This document shows, one piece after another, positions 25,051-38,600 of a DNA stretch of 64,000 nucleotides; position 1 is the first letter of the stretch; the number at the start of each line of letters is the position of its first letter. The DNA comes from Eledone cirrhosa (taxonomy: Eukaryota). Made by a program: the position numbers and the translations under genes. The stretch spans positions 192,820,001 through 192,884,000 of the forward strand of contig OZ024740.1 of assembly GCA_964016885.1 (NCBI GenBank). The letters are read 5' to 3'. Below the pieces are notes generated by a model. The model searched no databases. It was not told the origin of the DNA and saw only the letters and a program-made list of their open reading frames with translations.

Positions 25051-26224
25051 CAACACAGGTCCAAGTCATCTCATTCAATTTAAAATATTCATTAATAGCT
25101 TTCTTCCCAACTTGTTCTACAATTCATTTTTTGTGTTGTTCCCTCTGAAGAGTAATCCACTCACCTGTCTCCATCATTGTTTGTACTTCTGAAGATGATA
25201 TTGAGAAGAGTTAAAGCAGGGTATGAGCTTATGGGATAGCAATAAAGTGATGACAGACTTTTAAAAATGGCTTAAGTGCACGTCTGTCAACACTTTCGTT
25301 TCTATGGTGTCAGCACAACCTCCTATTCCCTTTCACTCTCTCTCTCTCTCTCATTCTCTGATACCGTATCCCTCTCTCCCAACAACAGCTTATCACTCCT
25401 CTTTTTCCCTCCTACATATGTGTGAAAAGTTATTGAGAGTGTATTAGATATTTCAACAATGCATTGATGTCATAATACCAAAGGTACATATATGATTAAG
25501 AAATATTCTTACCTGACAGCATAGCAATGGTGTTTAAATTCTCTAAAAGTTATTTGATGAAATTGCTATAAAGAAATCATAGGTTAAAAATGACAGCAGT
25601 GTAACATTTTATATTTCCTTTAAAGCTTCTTTATTTGTGTGCGTGTGTCAGAACATGACCCCATAAGCTTATTTTAATGAAATAAAATCAAATGACATAG
25701 AAAAGAGAGTAAATCTATAACAATGGTTCATTAAATTTTCAACATTGATGAAAATTCTTCCATGGGAGAGAATCATTGCTACGTATATCTGTATTGGAGA
25801 TTTTCTTTTGTGTAACAAATGATTCATGCAAAAATAGTAGGTGTAGTTGTAAGAATAAGATTCATGATACATGGTGAGTAACATAACAGTATTTGAGACA
25901 GAATGAAATGTCTTTTTAACTTGATGTATTTCAGTGAAACTCATATTTCAATCATTGTTAAAAGAAAACATTGATGCTATTTCTAATGTGTCTATTCCAG
26001 TAACAATGCAACTTATTTGTATAAAAATAGAATGTTTTAAACAATTTAGGATGCATATAGAGGGTATTTGTCATCGTTATGAGAGTGAAGGTGTGTGTGT
26101 ATAAACTTGTCTCATACAGTGTCTTTCTTTATTTCCTTTGTCCAGTCACTTCTCCTTGTCCTCCTCCTATTTCAATATTTTCTATATTTCATCTACCTGT
26201 CAACCACCTTGTTGATTCTCTCTA

Positions 26225-26230
<6 letters not shown>

Positions 26231-26308
<78 letters not shown>
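26231..26308. repeat. (TC)n microsatellite
   Basis: Pure TC run. Confidence 0.95.
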
Positions 26309-26312
<4 letters not shown>

Positions 26313-26384
26313 CACGGTGCACTGGTTTCTGTCCTCTGAGGTATTTTCGCCCGGCACTGATTCTGACAGCATTTAGCTGTTTCT

Positions 26385-26825
26385 TAGAGTGGAGAGACCC
26401 AAGAAAACCTAGGATGACTTGATAAAAGCTGACCTTGCTCAATTGCACCTCTCAAAACAAATGAGAAGAGACCTCTGGCGTTAAGCAGTAATACAGAAGA
26501 CCCGACTTCTCAAGGGTACAAGCTAAAGCTGAAGCATATAGACAGTATGCCCCCATCCCGCTCCCACTGTAAGTGGTCGTGTAGGTGTCACAACAAAAAT
26601 CGCCCAGGGCACACTGTAAAGTGTTCATGTAGGTGCCACAGTAAAAAAGCACCCAGTACTCACTATAAATGAGGTTGAAGTTAGGAAGGGCATCCAGCTG
26701 TAAAAATCTAGCCTAAATAATTTCTGTATGAGCAAGAGAGGACAACAGGACAACCCTTCTAACAACCCTTCTAGCCCATGCTAGCGTGGAAGAGTGGACG
26801 TAAAACAGTGATGATGATGATGATA
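26385..26825 (+). mobile_element. RTE LINE 3' end
   Basis: RPKKT.DDLIKADL, 3' UTR with GTTAGGAAGGGCATCCAGC and (GAT)n tail. Confidence 0.85.
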
Positions 26826-26844
26826 TATGTATATATATATATAT

Positions 26845-27705
26845 AATAAATTCATAAAGATATATATGTATATATTTAGACATAGTCACAGATACATATA
26901 TGAGTGTGGCTACCTTCCACAGTGTGGCTCAATGAAAAAATTAATTAAGCAAATAATCATTAATCAGAGCTATATAAAATTATAAGTTTGAAGAACAGTC
27001 AGAAAAAATATATCCAATTTTTCTTCTCCTTAGTCCGTAGAAATTAACCAGATAAATAATCATTTAAACGGAGCTAAGTTTAAAATGTAACTTCGAAGAA
27101 ATAACAGATAAATGACACAGACTATCCTCCACGAAGAACAGCCAGATAAAATTTACCCAGTCTTTCTTCTTAGCCCATAGAAATTAACTAGAAAAATAAT
27201 CAATTAAACAGAGTTAATTCTAAAATGCAAGTTTGAAGAAAAAATGTATATACACTTTACCAAAATTCTTCTCGTCCTGACTATCAATAGTTTCACTCAT
27301 ACATTGTAGATATGTCTAATCCTGGTATTATCCATGAGGTTTCGAGCTTATCAAGAGACACCCTCAGTTAGGACTAAAACTTCTACTGTGATCGCCACCA
27401 GAAATGAATTCAAAATGGTTAAGAATTATCACGTGGCTAGTGGAAGGTTCTGAATGTTAGGCTGGCTGGCAGGTAGGTTCATTGCTAGAAGGAGCAGTTA
27501 GTTACTGCCTAAGATTTACTCAACAGAACAGGAGTATAGAATAAATTCATAAGGATATATATGTATATATTTAGACATATCCACAGATATATATATATAT
27601 GAGTGTGGCTACCTTTTTTATTTAGTTAATTTCTATGGACTAAAGAGAAGGAAAATTGGATATATTTTTTTTCTGACTGTTCTTCAAACTTATAATTTTA
27701 TATAG
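26845..27705. repeat. Composite direct plus inverted repeat element with a hammerhead-like remnant
   Basis: 26845-26915 recurs directly at 27541-27615; 27620-27705 is an inverted copy of ~26970-27060; HHR-like motif on minus strand at 27332-27372. Confidence 0.6.
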
Positions 27706-27940
27706 ACACTTTATTTCACATTGCTCCAGTTTACTCAGCTGTAGAAATGAGATGATAGGGACTGGGGTCCATATCATTCCACTGCAAATTGGCCGTGGAG
27801 GTGCCATGGCAAAAAAGCACCCAGCACTCACTGTAAATGAGGTTGGTGTTAGGAAGGGCATCCAACTGTAGAAATCAAGCCAGAGTCAGTTCCCGTTCCA
27901 CCCTTGCAAGCAGAGAAAAACAGATGTAAAAATGAAATGA
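27706..27940 (+). mobile_element. CORE-type SINE (family B), 5'-truncated, with RTE tail
   Basis: ACACTTTATTTCACATTGCTCCAGTTTACTCAGCTGTAGAAATGAG then RTE-like 3' end. Confidence 0.85.
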
Positions 27941-28171
27941 ATATATATAGGTGAATTATTCGTACCATTCGAACATTGGATATTAGTTCTGACGCTTTCA
28001 TTTCTGAGTTCAAAACCTAAAACTGGAGTCAATTCTTCCTCTACAACTCTTTTTTGTTCTACAACTGTTATTTTGATTTAGGGAAGAGTCGAGTCCCACC
28101 AGGTTTTAAATAAATGCCCAAGACACAACCACATACAGCCCTCATAAAACTCCATCAGAAATTACAGGTCT

Positions 28172-28202
<31 letters not shown>

Positions 28203-28539
28203 AAGGTGTGTGTGTGTGTGTGTATCTTAATATGTGAGAGAGAGTACTTAATTTACCAATATTTAACTGCTAAGTCATGCTAAAAAGTTTACATTACATT
28301 ACATGGTATTAATCAATATGACTCATTTGTGATTATTTGATAGCTAGACAATATTATTAGTATTGATGACATCATTATCTTCATCGTCATTTAATATCAA
28401 CTTTCTTTGCTCACAAGTAATGAACATATTTATTACAAATATACAAATGAAAAATGTAAATTTTGTTTTATTCAAAACCCCACTTTTATTTTCTTCACTA
28501 TCAAAACCTGGCATATACTGTTGCTCTATAAATATTCAT

Positions 28540-28850
28540 TCTTGCAACTCCCCCACACCCTTCTGTTCACCAGGCCTCCACCCTGCAGGTAGCTGCGAAG
28601 TGCCACGCGTGTGCCACCTGTAATAGTAAGAAGAAAGGAAGGAAATGTTCTCTGAGAATTTTTATCACGCTTCTTCTGTTCAACATACTTGGTGGGCTTC
28701 AAAATCGCTGCACTAGTGGCACTGCCTGCACTGCTTAACCCCGCTGATGCCACATACAGACATGTAGGGTTGACAAAATGATGACCCAACCCTGCACAGC
28801 ATGGATGAGGTCTTCATTGCACTCTCGTGACTCAGGCAGTCATGGAGAGT
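28540..28850 (-). mobile_element. Possible decayed RTE C-terminal remnant
   Basis: GC-richer patch; mosaic frames resemble W..AAIFEA..EQKKR..GL.N.R.C; weak. Confidence 0.3.
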
Positions 28851-29764
28851 CATACTTATATTTTTGAAAACTGATAATTTTGTATAAAAGGCATCACATT
28901 GCTCTGTGTATCTAGTTTTAAAATAAGTATGCAATATCTATGTGTGTCATGTGATATTCAACCAGGTGAGAGAAAGAAGTAATATATATATGTTATGTAG
29001 ACAGGTGGGCAAATGTGTGTTTGAATGGAATGATATATGGACAGACAGATAATTATACAGGAAAACTAAGCTAAAAATAACACAAGTCATATATCTTGAT
29101 ATTAAAGTATTTCATATATTCTGGAACAAATATGTTTCTCATAAATCAGTACATAACTACTATATAGCATAAATTAATAAAATGTCCTCCAAGCTACATA
29201 ATTTGAAAAGAATATGGAAGCATATCTCTTACATTAAAAATATATTGTATTATGTATATATATATATACATATGTGTGTGCTTTCTATATCATACCTCAA
29301 TTTCAATATATATTCCTCAAGTTTTTTTATTTAGTTAGTCTGTAAAATTTCATATCAATTTATTGGATTTCTAAGATATGTATTATGTACCTAGTTACTA
29401 ATATCTATATACCTGGTTTGAGTATATACAATATATTTTTTATCTTAGGAAATATGTCATCAGTTGCTTTCAATTCAGTCGTTAGTCGCTATAATCTTAT
29501 AATAATTCAAATATGAGCCAAAGCTTCAAGATTATTGAATGTTATGATAGATACAGCTTATGGTATGTGGAAATAGATAAAATATTGAAATGAGTTTCAT
29601 GTAGATAAACCGATTTTTGTGCAATTGTGCACTAGAATATTATAGAAAGTTAACATTATGAAGAGTGAATGTTTATCGTTTTATTTATTTTTGTGTTTCA
29701 ATATCATTTAATTATAAAATTATAAAAATCTAAGAAGAATATGAAATATCTTGATTGAATTAGT

Positions 29765-31515
29765 CTAGATGAGATGTAGATTAGCTTTGTACTGGACTGA
29801 TGTACGAATAATGCCCCCTTCCACATGAGACGAATTCATGAAAAATACTTAGCTAAGAGTAAACTCTTCTAATTGGTATTCATTTATCTAGAGACAGTTT
29901 TTGACAGTGTGTTTCATTCCATAATTTGGGGGGCTCTCAAGAAAATAGAGGTGAATGAGTGCCTTGTAAGGGTGGTACAAGCCATTTACAGACGAGCTGC
30001 CAGCAAACTTTAAAATGTTTAGTTAAGTATTCAGCATGTGGGTTAGTGTCCACCATGCCTCTCTCCATAGCCCTCTTCTGTATTTTACAGTCGTTCAGAC
30101 AATAACAGAAAAAGGCTCATGGGAGCTCCTATATGCAAATGACTTATTTCTCATAGTTGAATCTGATGTGGAACTAGTGAAGAAATTCCTAACCTGGAAG
30201 CAAAAGGCCTCAAAATCAACTTAGCTAAGTCTATATTTCTAGTAAGGAAGAAATATTACAGGGCCGTGTGTCTGTCAGGAAAATGGTTATGGTAATAATA
30301 CAAAATAGAAGCTGGTAAAAATGCAATACAGTGTACAAAATATAAATTATCGTTACACAAGTTGTAGTTTGATCTTGAGCAGGCTTATAAAGAATGTAGG
30401 TTATGTATGTAGTAGATGCACATGAGCTATAAGCAGCAAACTCTCACAAGATACAGACTTTCAGGATGAAAGTCAGTTTGCTTGATACTGGTGTGAGAAC
30501 TGTGGTGCTCTATGAAAGTGAGATGAGCGTCTTGAATACAGAGAATCAGCAAAGGCTGGAAAGAAATTAGGCAAGCAACTATCATTGAATGTGTAACATT
30601 AGTGTCTATGAGAGACGAATATCAACAAACTGAGGAAAAGCTCAGCATAAGAGGTATTAGACACCTGGTACAAGAAAGTATACTACACTGATTTGGATAT
30701 ATGAAATGTATGAAGGATTATAGCAGCATGAAAAATGCAGAGAATTCAAAGTTAATGGAAACAGTAAAAGAGGTAGAACCAAGAAAACTCGGGACAATGG
30801 AATCAAAGTGGACCTCACATAGCTAAACATTTCAAAGGATATGACATGAACAAGTCATCTCATGAAACACCATACGTCAGAAGACTAACTATTTCACATG
30901 TTTGGAATGAAATTCTAGCATGGTGATTTAAATACTTGATTTTTCCTTCCCGTTCACATCCTTGATTCTGCCTTTCTTACTGAACCGATAACAATCCACT
31001 GCATTCCTAACCTGATCAACATCATCAAAATATCACACTCTCTTTAAGGCAATCCCTCTCTTTCACCCCTTCTCTTGCCAGCTTTCTGATACCCAGCGCT
31101 CTCGTCAATGCCTTGCCAACATGATCGAGGATGGCATAGTGAGCTGCTTAGTGTTGAAACATGGATTTACTGGTGCCACAATAAAATGCACTTAGCCCAC
31201 ACTCTAAAGTGATAGTACTGGTGCTATGAGTAAATGTACCCAAGCTTCTCTGTAAGGTGATATTGTTGGTGCCACAATAAAAGCATGTAGTCAACCCTTT
31301 TAGGTGATAATGCCAGTGCCACTATAAAATGCACCTGGTATATGCTGTAAAACAGTTGGTGTTAGGAAGGGCATCTAGCTATACAAACCATGGTAGAATG
31401 GAATAATGAGTGAGACATAGTTATCTGACCTGTCTAACTTCTGAACATGACAACCCATCTAACCCAGGTAAGCATAGAATATATACATAAAACATTAATG
31501 AAAATGATTATGATG
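29765..31515 (+). mobile_element. Old RTE LINE with 3' UTR repeats
   Basis: LDEM, WELLYANDL, GRTKKT remnants; GTTGGTGTTAGGAAGGGCATC and ATG-rich tail. Confidence 0.8.
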
Positions 31516-33129
31516 AATAAGCCAAAGAGGTGAAGCTTCCATTGAAATTACATGCAGAGGCTAAATATTAGTAGATTGTCAAAGAGATGCATTAGTAGAT
31601 TGTGAAAGAGATGCTTATTCTGCCAGGAGCTGATAATTTTCTAATTACATAAATTATGTTTGCTTAGTAAAACTAATAATCAGTTATTATCCACTCGTTT
31701 CACAGTCTATACCTATCCATTACATTTTCTTTTGTTATGTTTCTTTTCCAAATAGATTATTTGTCATTGGATAATTGTTAAAATATATGCCATTTATTAC
31801 TTAAGTGTAGAAATGAAGCTGGACCTAAGAAGCAAGCTAAGAACATCTCAACATTTTGTGATTAGAATATCAAAGTAAGAATATAAAACAAAATTGATCT
31901 GAAAATCATTGAGATGAAGTTGAGCTGAATATTTCCAGATGTCGAGTGACAAGAAGTTAATATAAAAGCTGAGAGACAGGTGAAAAGGACATAGAAAAAT
32001 AAAAAAGGAAATAAAATGAGGAAGATAGAGGGATGAATTGGATATATTTGGCAAAAATTGGAGACTGGGAACAAAAAGCCGAAGGCCCAACATCGGTCGG
32101 GATGACCAGCGATTTATCTTTAGGTTTTCTACCAGAGTTTCTCCTTTCATAATAAACTTTTAGATGACTATTGATTCTTATGATTTCCGCTGACTTTGAT
32201 GAGTATTGTTTTTCCTCTCGCACAACGTCAAAGACATCACCCACCTCACTAAGCTAGCTTGATGGAGTTGCCAGTTGAGTCGATGACAACCCAATTATGC
32301 AACATATTGCACTCGGTTACATGTTGCCAGTAGCGCTTGAGAGCGATCTGACATATATGCATACATACGTAGATACATGCATGCATACATACATACACCC
32401 ACCTGCACACACACACACACACACACACACATACATATATGCATAAATACATACATGCATGAATACATACATAGATACATACATGCATATCACCATCATC
32501 ATTTAACACCCAATTTTCCTGCTAGATGGGATTGGACAGGCTGTCAGCAGACCAGAATGATACTGAAAGTGGATCTACTGACCCCATGATGCCTCTGAAT
32601 GCATGTTTTCGTGATACCAGCACTAGGGAGGCTGAAGAGTAGGTTTACTAGGATTAGATGCCCTTTCTTTCACCATTCATCTTCTGGAGTGTACTCAGTG
32701 AGTTTATTATACAAATCACCAACACTAGGGAAGTAGTCATCTTATATGGATGACTGTGTGTGAGTGCATAGGTGTAGGTTAGTCACAGTAACCATTATAT
32801 TGACACTGTTTATGAAAATCATTGATGAAAATTCTTCCGGACTCCAATAAACAATATACTCTGCAATATTGTATTTGACTGAAAATTAGAGGTATACCTA
32901 GAACAAGGTGTAGATTCCCGACTGGAAGGGCATAAAGCATTAAAAACCTGCTTCAAAGGACTCATGAAACCTAAGCAATTATGGAAATATGGATGTAAAA
33001 TGACGAAAATCATCATCATACATATATATAAATATGTATATGTGAGTGTGTGTACAGGATCAGAAGGAGAGTTAACCACTGTTAAAAAGGTATTCAATAA
33101 ATTGTTTGAGTATAGGCATCTATATTCTG

Positions 33130-33245
33130 TATAGAAAAGACTCCTACATAACTAGAAATGTTTCGTTCATACAAAATCATCAGGAATGTCCTGATGATTT
33201 CATACAAATGAATCAGTTCTGTTCCTGTGAAAGTAATTTCTATAG
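33130..33245. repeat. Small fold-back with back-to-back hammerhead-like cores
   Basis: GTTTCG..TCATCAGGA-ATG-TCCTGATGA..GAATC; ~55 bp imperfect arms. Confidence 0.65.
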
Positions 33246-33311
33246 ATGGATCTTTCCTTTAATATATCCCCCCCCCCCCAACCCTATATTTTATCTATAT
33301 AGAATAGAAAA

Positions 33312-33503
33312 TAATTGTTTCTACTTTTGGCACAAGGCCAGCAATTATCCCAGTGCATTACTGGTACTTTATTTTATTGACTCCGTAAGGATGAAAGGCA
33401 AAGTTAACCTCGGCAGGATTTGAACTCAGATCATAAAGGGAGGTAACTCTATGCTTCAAAGCATGACGCCCAACCCTCTACCGATACTGCCAATGCACCG
33501 CCC
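33312..33503 (-). mobile_element. SINE family A, full length
   Basis: Head GGGCGGTGCATTGGCAGTATCGG, B box, core and tail. Confidence 0.9.
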
Positions 33504-33541
33504 CAATCTAGTAACATATAAACATAAGGTTTTATGTATTA

Positions 33542-35400
33542 TCTATATATATAAAACTGAGGATGTCTGTCTGTGTGTGTGTGAGTTCGAATCCCTAAAA
33601 ATCGAGAAGCACCCAACCGACTGTTTTCAAACTTCACACATGTAATACTTATCTGTCATGGAATGTTCAGAGCAAAATAAATTTCAAATTGTCTATGCCC
33701 TAGCGACCGCATTAGGCGATTTAGCGATCTCGCTCTATAATTCTTAGTCTTTCTCTTTTTAGATAGATACATACATATAACGTCGCGCCCTTATAATATA
33801 TGTATGTATGTCTGATGTCTGCATTACGTCACTTCCAACAATTCCCTCTCCGTCCAGAACGCACCCTTATAATATCTGTCTGTATGTCTGGCTGTCTGCT
33901 GCCTCCGGTTATTCGCCACCCATGCTCAAGACAAATCTCACACTCAATCCCCAAACAGTTGGTAGGTGCACACAACTTCTTTTAAGCCACAGTGTTGCTT
34001 AGTTACATACCACCAGACCCTTACTTCTTTGCCAGCCGTGGTTGTGGCAATACTAAGTCGGTTATATATTTCACACAACACTAAAAATGAAAGCCGGTAA
34101 CTATGTATTTGTCAGTCTCTTCTTCATACCGTGAGCAAAGAAAATCCAACATTTAGTGGAGTGAGTGAAATAAAGTCGACCCTTGCTGCGATTCAAACAT
34201 CAGGTTTGCAGGTTATATATTTCACACGACACTAAAAATTAAAGCCGGTAAAGAAAAACATCGCGTAATAGCTTCAGTTTGCTTACTTACATGCCCTTAC
34301 GAGAACAAAAGTTACTATTTTACCGCTTAGTAGAGAAGCACCGAACCGACTGTTTTCAAACTTTACACATGTAATACTTATGTTTCAGGGAGTGTTCTGA
34401 GCAAAAGAAATTTCAAATTTTCAATGCCCTAGAGACCGCATTAGGCGATTTAGCGATCTTTCTCTATAATTCTTAGTCTTTCTATTTTTAGATAGATACA
34501 TACATATAACGTCACGCCCTTATAATTGTTTCTACTTTAGGCACAAGGTCAGCAATTACCCAGTGCATTACTGGTACTTTATTTTATCGACCCCCGCTAG
34601 GATGAAAGGCAAAGTCAACCTCGGCGGGATTTGAACTCAGATCGTAAAGGGACTTAACTATGCTGGAAAGCATGGCGTCCGACCCTCTACCGATACTGCC
34701 AATCCACCGCGCCCTTATAATATATGTCTGTATGTCTGGCTGTATGCATTACGTCACTTTCTTGAGGATGTCTGTGTGTGTGTGTGTATGTGTGTCTGTG
34801 AGGTTGAATCCCTAAAACTCGAGAAGTACCCAACCGATGTTTTTCAAACTTTATATGTGTATTACGTATGTTTCAGGTAGTGTTATGCTCCTAAAAAATT
34901 AAACTTTTTTTTTTATCTCGTAGGTGAAAAACTGGTGAAAAACTGCAATTTTAAATATTTTAAAGGTTTTTTTGAGGCGTTACGTCAGAACGATTTCCTT
35001 GAAATTGTAACTATGTATTAGTCAGTCTCTTCTTCATACCGTAAGCAAAGAAAATCCAACTTTCTTATGGCCTAGGGCACGCATTAGGTGAAAAACTTCA
35101 TTTTTTCAGCTTCTTAGGGCTTTTTTGAGACGTTACGTCTATCCGATTTTCCCGAAATTTGAAGGCATATTATGCACATAACAAGAATTCATTTTCTTGA
35201 TCCCTTAGAACCCGCATTAGGTGAAAACTTGCATTTATCCTGTTTAATCGAGGAAAATCTTAAAGATTATCCAGCCATCACAGTATTCGGTTTATTTTCT
35301 TTACATATTGTCCAGGCATGCAGCTTTTCCACGATTAGGTCTGTTGGCGGCCCGCGTTCCGAAATACCTTATCCCGTGCAACGCAGGGTACCACTGCTAG
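33542..35400 (+). mobile_element. Non-autonomous Helitron with internal duplications
   Basis: A|TCTATATATATAAAACTGAGGATGTCTGTCTGTG start; 3' hairpin CCCGTGCAACGCAGGG then CTAG; 5' block repeated near 34334 and 34764. Confidence 0.82.
34523..34710 (-). mobile_element. Young SINE family A copy inside the Helitron
   Basis: Full length, with CGCCCTTATAAT duplicated on both sides. Confidence 0.92.
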
Positions 35401-35417
35401 GTATTTATATTATTGTG

Positions 35418-36055
35418 AGGGCAGTGTATTTGTAGTATTGGTAAGGCATTGGACAATATGTTTTGCAGCATATAGTTACCTCCATTTAGGTTCTGAATTC
35501 AAAACCTGCTAATCTGAGCTTTGCCTTTCATCCGTATGAGATTGATAAAATAAATTACCAGTAATGTATTGTGGCCGATTTAATTGACTTTACCCGCTCC
35601 CATAAATGTTGACCTTGTAGCTAAATTGGAAACTATTATAAACATTATTGTTATTAATATTTGTAGGGCGGTGAATTGGCAGTATCGGCAGAGGGTCGGA
35701 CATGCTTTACGATCTGAGTTCAAATCCCGTCGAGGTTAATTTGCCTTTCATCCTTACGAGGTCGATAAAATAAAGTACCAGTAATTACTGGCCTTGTGCC
35801 AAATGTAGAAACAATTATTTGTACCATAGCTGAGGGCGGTGGATTGGCAATATCGGTAGAGCGTTGGACGCCATGCTTTGCTGCATAGAGTTACGGCTCT
35901 TTATGATCTGAGTTCAAATCCTGCCAAGGTTAACTGTGCCTTTCATCGTTACGGGTTCGATAAAATAAAGTACCAGTCAGGCACTGGGGTCAATTTCATT
36001 GACTTTTCCCTCACCCCAAAATTCCTGGCCTTGTGCCTCTATAAGAAACACTTAT
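35418..36055 (+). mobile_element. Three consecutive SINE family A copies
   Basis: Heads GGGCAGTG/GGGCGGTG at ~35419, 35666 and 35834, each followed by the shared core. Confidence 0.88.
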
Positions 36056-36094
36056 TTGTACCATAGCGAATAACAGGATGCATCATTATAATCA

Positions 36095-36790
36095 TCATCA
36101 TCGTTATCGTTTAACATCCATTTTCATCGCTAACATGAATAGGACAGGCTGTCCTATTGAGAGAGACCAGGCTGTCCTGTTGGAGGACCAAGATTTTCTC
36201 CCACAGAACTAATTTTGGCTTGTTTTCTATGGCTGGATGCCCTTCGTAATGCCAACCATATTTACAGTGTGAGCTGGATGCTTTTTGATGTGACACCTAC
36301 CTGACCACTTTACATTGTGGACTCTGGCACTTTGTTTCATGGCTCCAGGATGAGCAGTTTATGGTGTGGGTTGGGGTCATAGGAGGGTGCGGGTAGGGAA
36401 GATGAATAGGGATGTGGTGAGATAGGTATAGGGAAGATGGGCCTTCTGTATTACTGCAGAATGCCAGAGATCACAGTCTTGAGAGGTGTAATTGTGCAAG
36501 GTCAACATTTATCACCCCATTGAAAGTATTCCAAGCCCTGCTCACTCCATGGCTTCCATCAACTCTGAGTGCTCTGCACCATTTTATACAGCATTCATCC
36601 TTCATACGCATCCTGTGTCCATACCAATGCAATCTGCTCTCCTACATATGAACCACCTTATACCTAATTTCGCTTGGAGTTCATTTATACTTTGCACATA
36701 TAGCACCCATATATATAGATATATCACTATTGCACATCGATCGAATTTGATTAAAAATTGTATATGGTATAGGTAATATTATAGATGTCA
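36095..36790 (-). mobile_element. RTE LINE 3' end, diverged
   Basis: (CAT)n tail, GGATGCCCTTCGTAATGCCAACC, and W.GHRMRMKDE on the minus strand. Confidence 0.75.
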
Positions 36791-38219
36791 ATAGGACTTT
36801 GAGGAGAAAATTGTTTGAACTTTCTTCCATTTTATGTATATCCTTCAAAAGATAAAGAATCCCAAACCAAAATAAATACTGTCAAGGATATGTGATACAT
36901 TTATTTGATATATTTAAATATACAATACAGACTATTGTAATTAAGCTTAGTCAAAGGGGGACATAGATATAAATAACATTATTCTCTCAGTTAACAAGAA
37001 TAATTTACAAAATTTCATTTGCGTTTTGATAATAACAACTTTCAAGTTTGACACCTTCATTCTGTACATGACAGTCAAACGTGTAGCTGAAGATGTTATT
37101 TTTATCCAAAATAGTTCATTTTTTCAATCTATTCTTATTTCATTTTTTCAGAAAATATGTTCCTAAACAGAATGGTGAGATATAAAAAACAGATGTCTCT
37201 AATTATTTGCCTCAGTTGTTTTGTGAATCAATGTGATGAGAACTTCCTTCTGCAGTGATGATAGTTTTTCAACATCCATGAACGTTGGAAAGATAAGCTT
37301 CAGTGATTTTGCAAAGATGTTCATGAAATAATGAAAAAAAATAAATAAATAAAATCAATATATAATAAAGCATCAGTTATTGCTGGTGCTATGCCTGTAT
37401 TTATGCACACTATTGATTCTTTTCAATTACGTTTATCTAAGTGGGTCATTAATGTTGCAATATGCCAAGTAGAAGAAAATCTCTGGACAGTTGATTTGTT
37501 TATTTGTGTGGCTTGATAGAGATAATTTATACTTGAAAATATTCTATCTGAGGTAGGTTATTAGCATACAAACTATATCCTTGTAGTTGTCCACTTTCAG
37601 ATTTTAGAGATAAAACCTCAAGTACATAACGGAATAAATCTTTAGAATCAGAATTTTCCTTTGAGCTAGCTACAGTGGTTTTCTTTTCATTTTGAGATCA
37701 TATCCATTTGATAAAATACTTAAAATTTGCTTCAATGCTCATTATTTACTTTGCATCTAAGATTTCAAATTTAATAGTATTTTTCTATTAAAATTAGTAT
37801 TAATTCTTTATCAGACAGTATGATAGTCAGTAATAGCCATTAATGAATTGTCGATGAATTACATTATGATTAGAAAATCAATTCCTTGCTATTAACTACA
37901 ACAAACTCAGAAACATTTAAAATAAACCTCTTTTTATAATGAATGATACAATATCAATTGTGTAACTAAGAAGGGAAAATTGCTATTAAATCTGAAATGC
38001 TTAACTAAAGAATGAGCTTGGAAGGAAACATCACACCAATCAGTGTATTTACATTTCTATTTATTTGTAAATAAGTATTTACAGACCTTTTCACAAAAAT
38101 ACTTTTAAAGTACAACCTTTAAAATCTTTGTTCTTCCCACCTGATTCATGAAACCAAAATCTATAAACACCCACCTAACTAGCAATAACACATATGTTGA
38201 AACAAGCTATCATGTTAGC

Positions 38220-38600
38220 CATTCTTCTTCTTCATCTTCTTTTTCTTCTTTACAGTGCCATGACATGTTTCCTCCTCCAGCTCCACCAGTCCATCATTAC
38301 CATCTAAATTTCCTTTGCTTCCAATCAGGTGTCATCTTCATGAACATCCTTCAAAATGGTGGTTTGTCTTCCAACTCGTGTGCACACATCTGGTTTCCAG
38401 AACAGAACTCTATCAGCAGATTAATGTGATGTTTCACATGTCAGGCTAAGGAAGCCACCTATGCCTTATAATGTCAGAAAGATGAAGGTGTAGCAAATAA
38501 ATCGATCTATTGTTCACTCCATTAGCCATTATAAGCATCAATTTGAGAGACATAAAAAAAGGTTTCCCCAAGGATACTTGAAATATCACATCATATTCTA
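38220..38600 (-). mobile_element. RTE-like LINE 3' end with (GAA)n tail
   Basis: Minus strand VLFWKPD..RVGR..EDDT..MMD..WRR followed by GAA repeats. Confidence 0.55.

Noticed and set aside
25240-25300. Short hairpin AAAGTGATGACAGAC / GTCTGTCAACACTTT
   Set aside because: Arms are only ~15 bp and no HHR core could be aligned convincingly.
26079-26448. LSLS and RERE ORFs
   Set aside because: Translations of a (TC)n microsatellite.
38255-38330. Plus-strand exon after a strong polypyrimidine tract
   Set aside because: The tract is the (GAA)n tail of a minus-strand LINE remnant.
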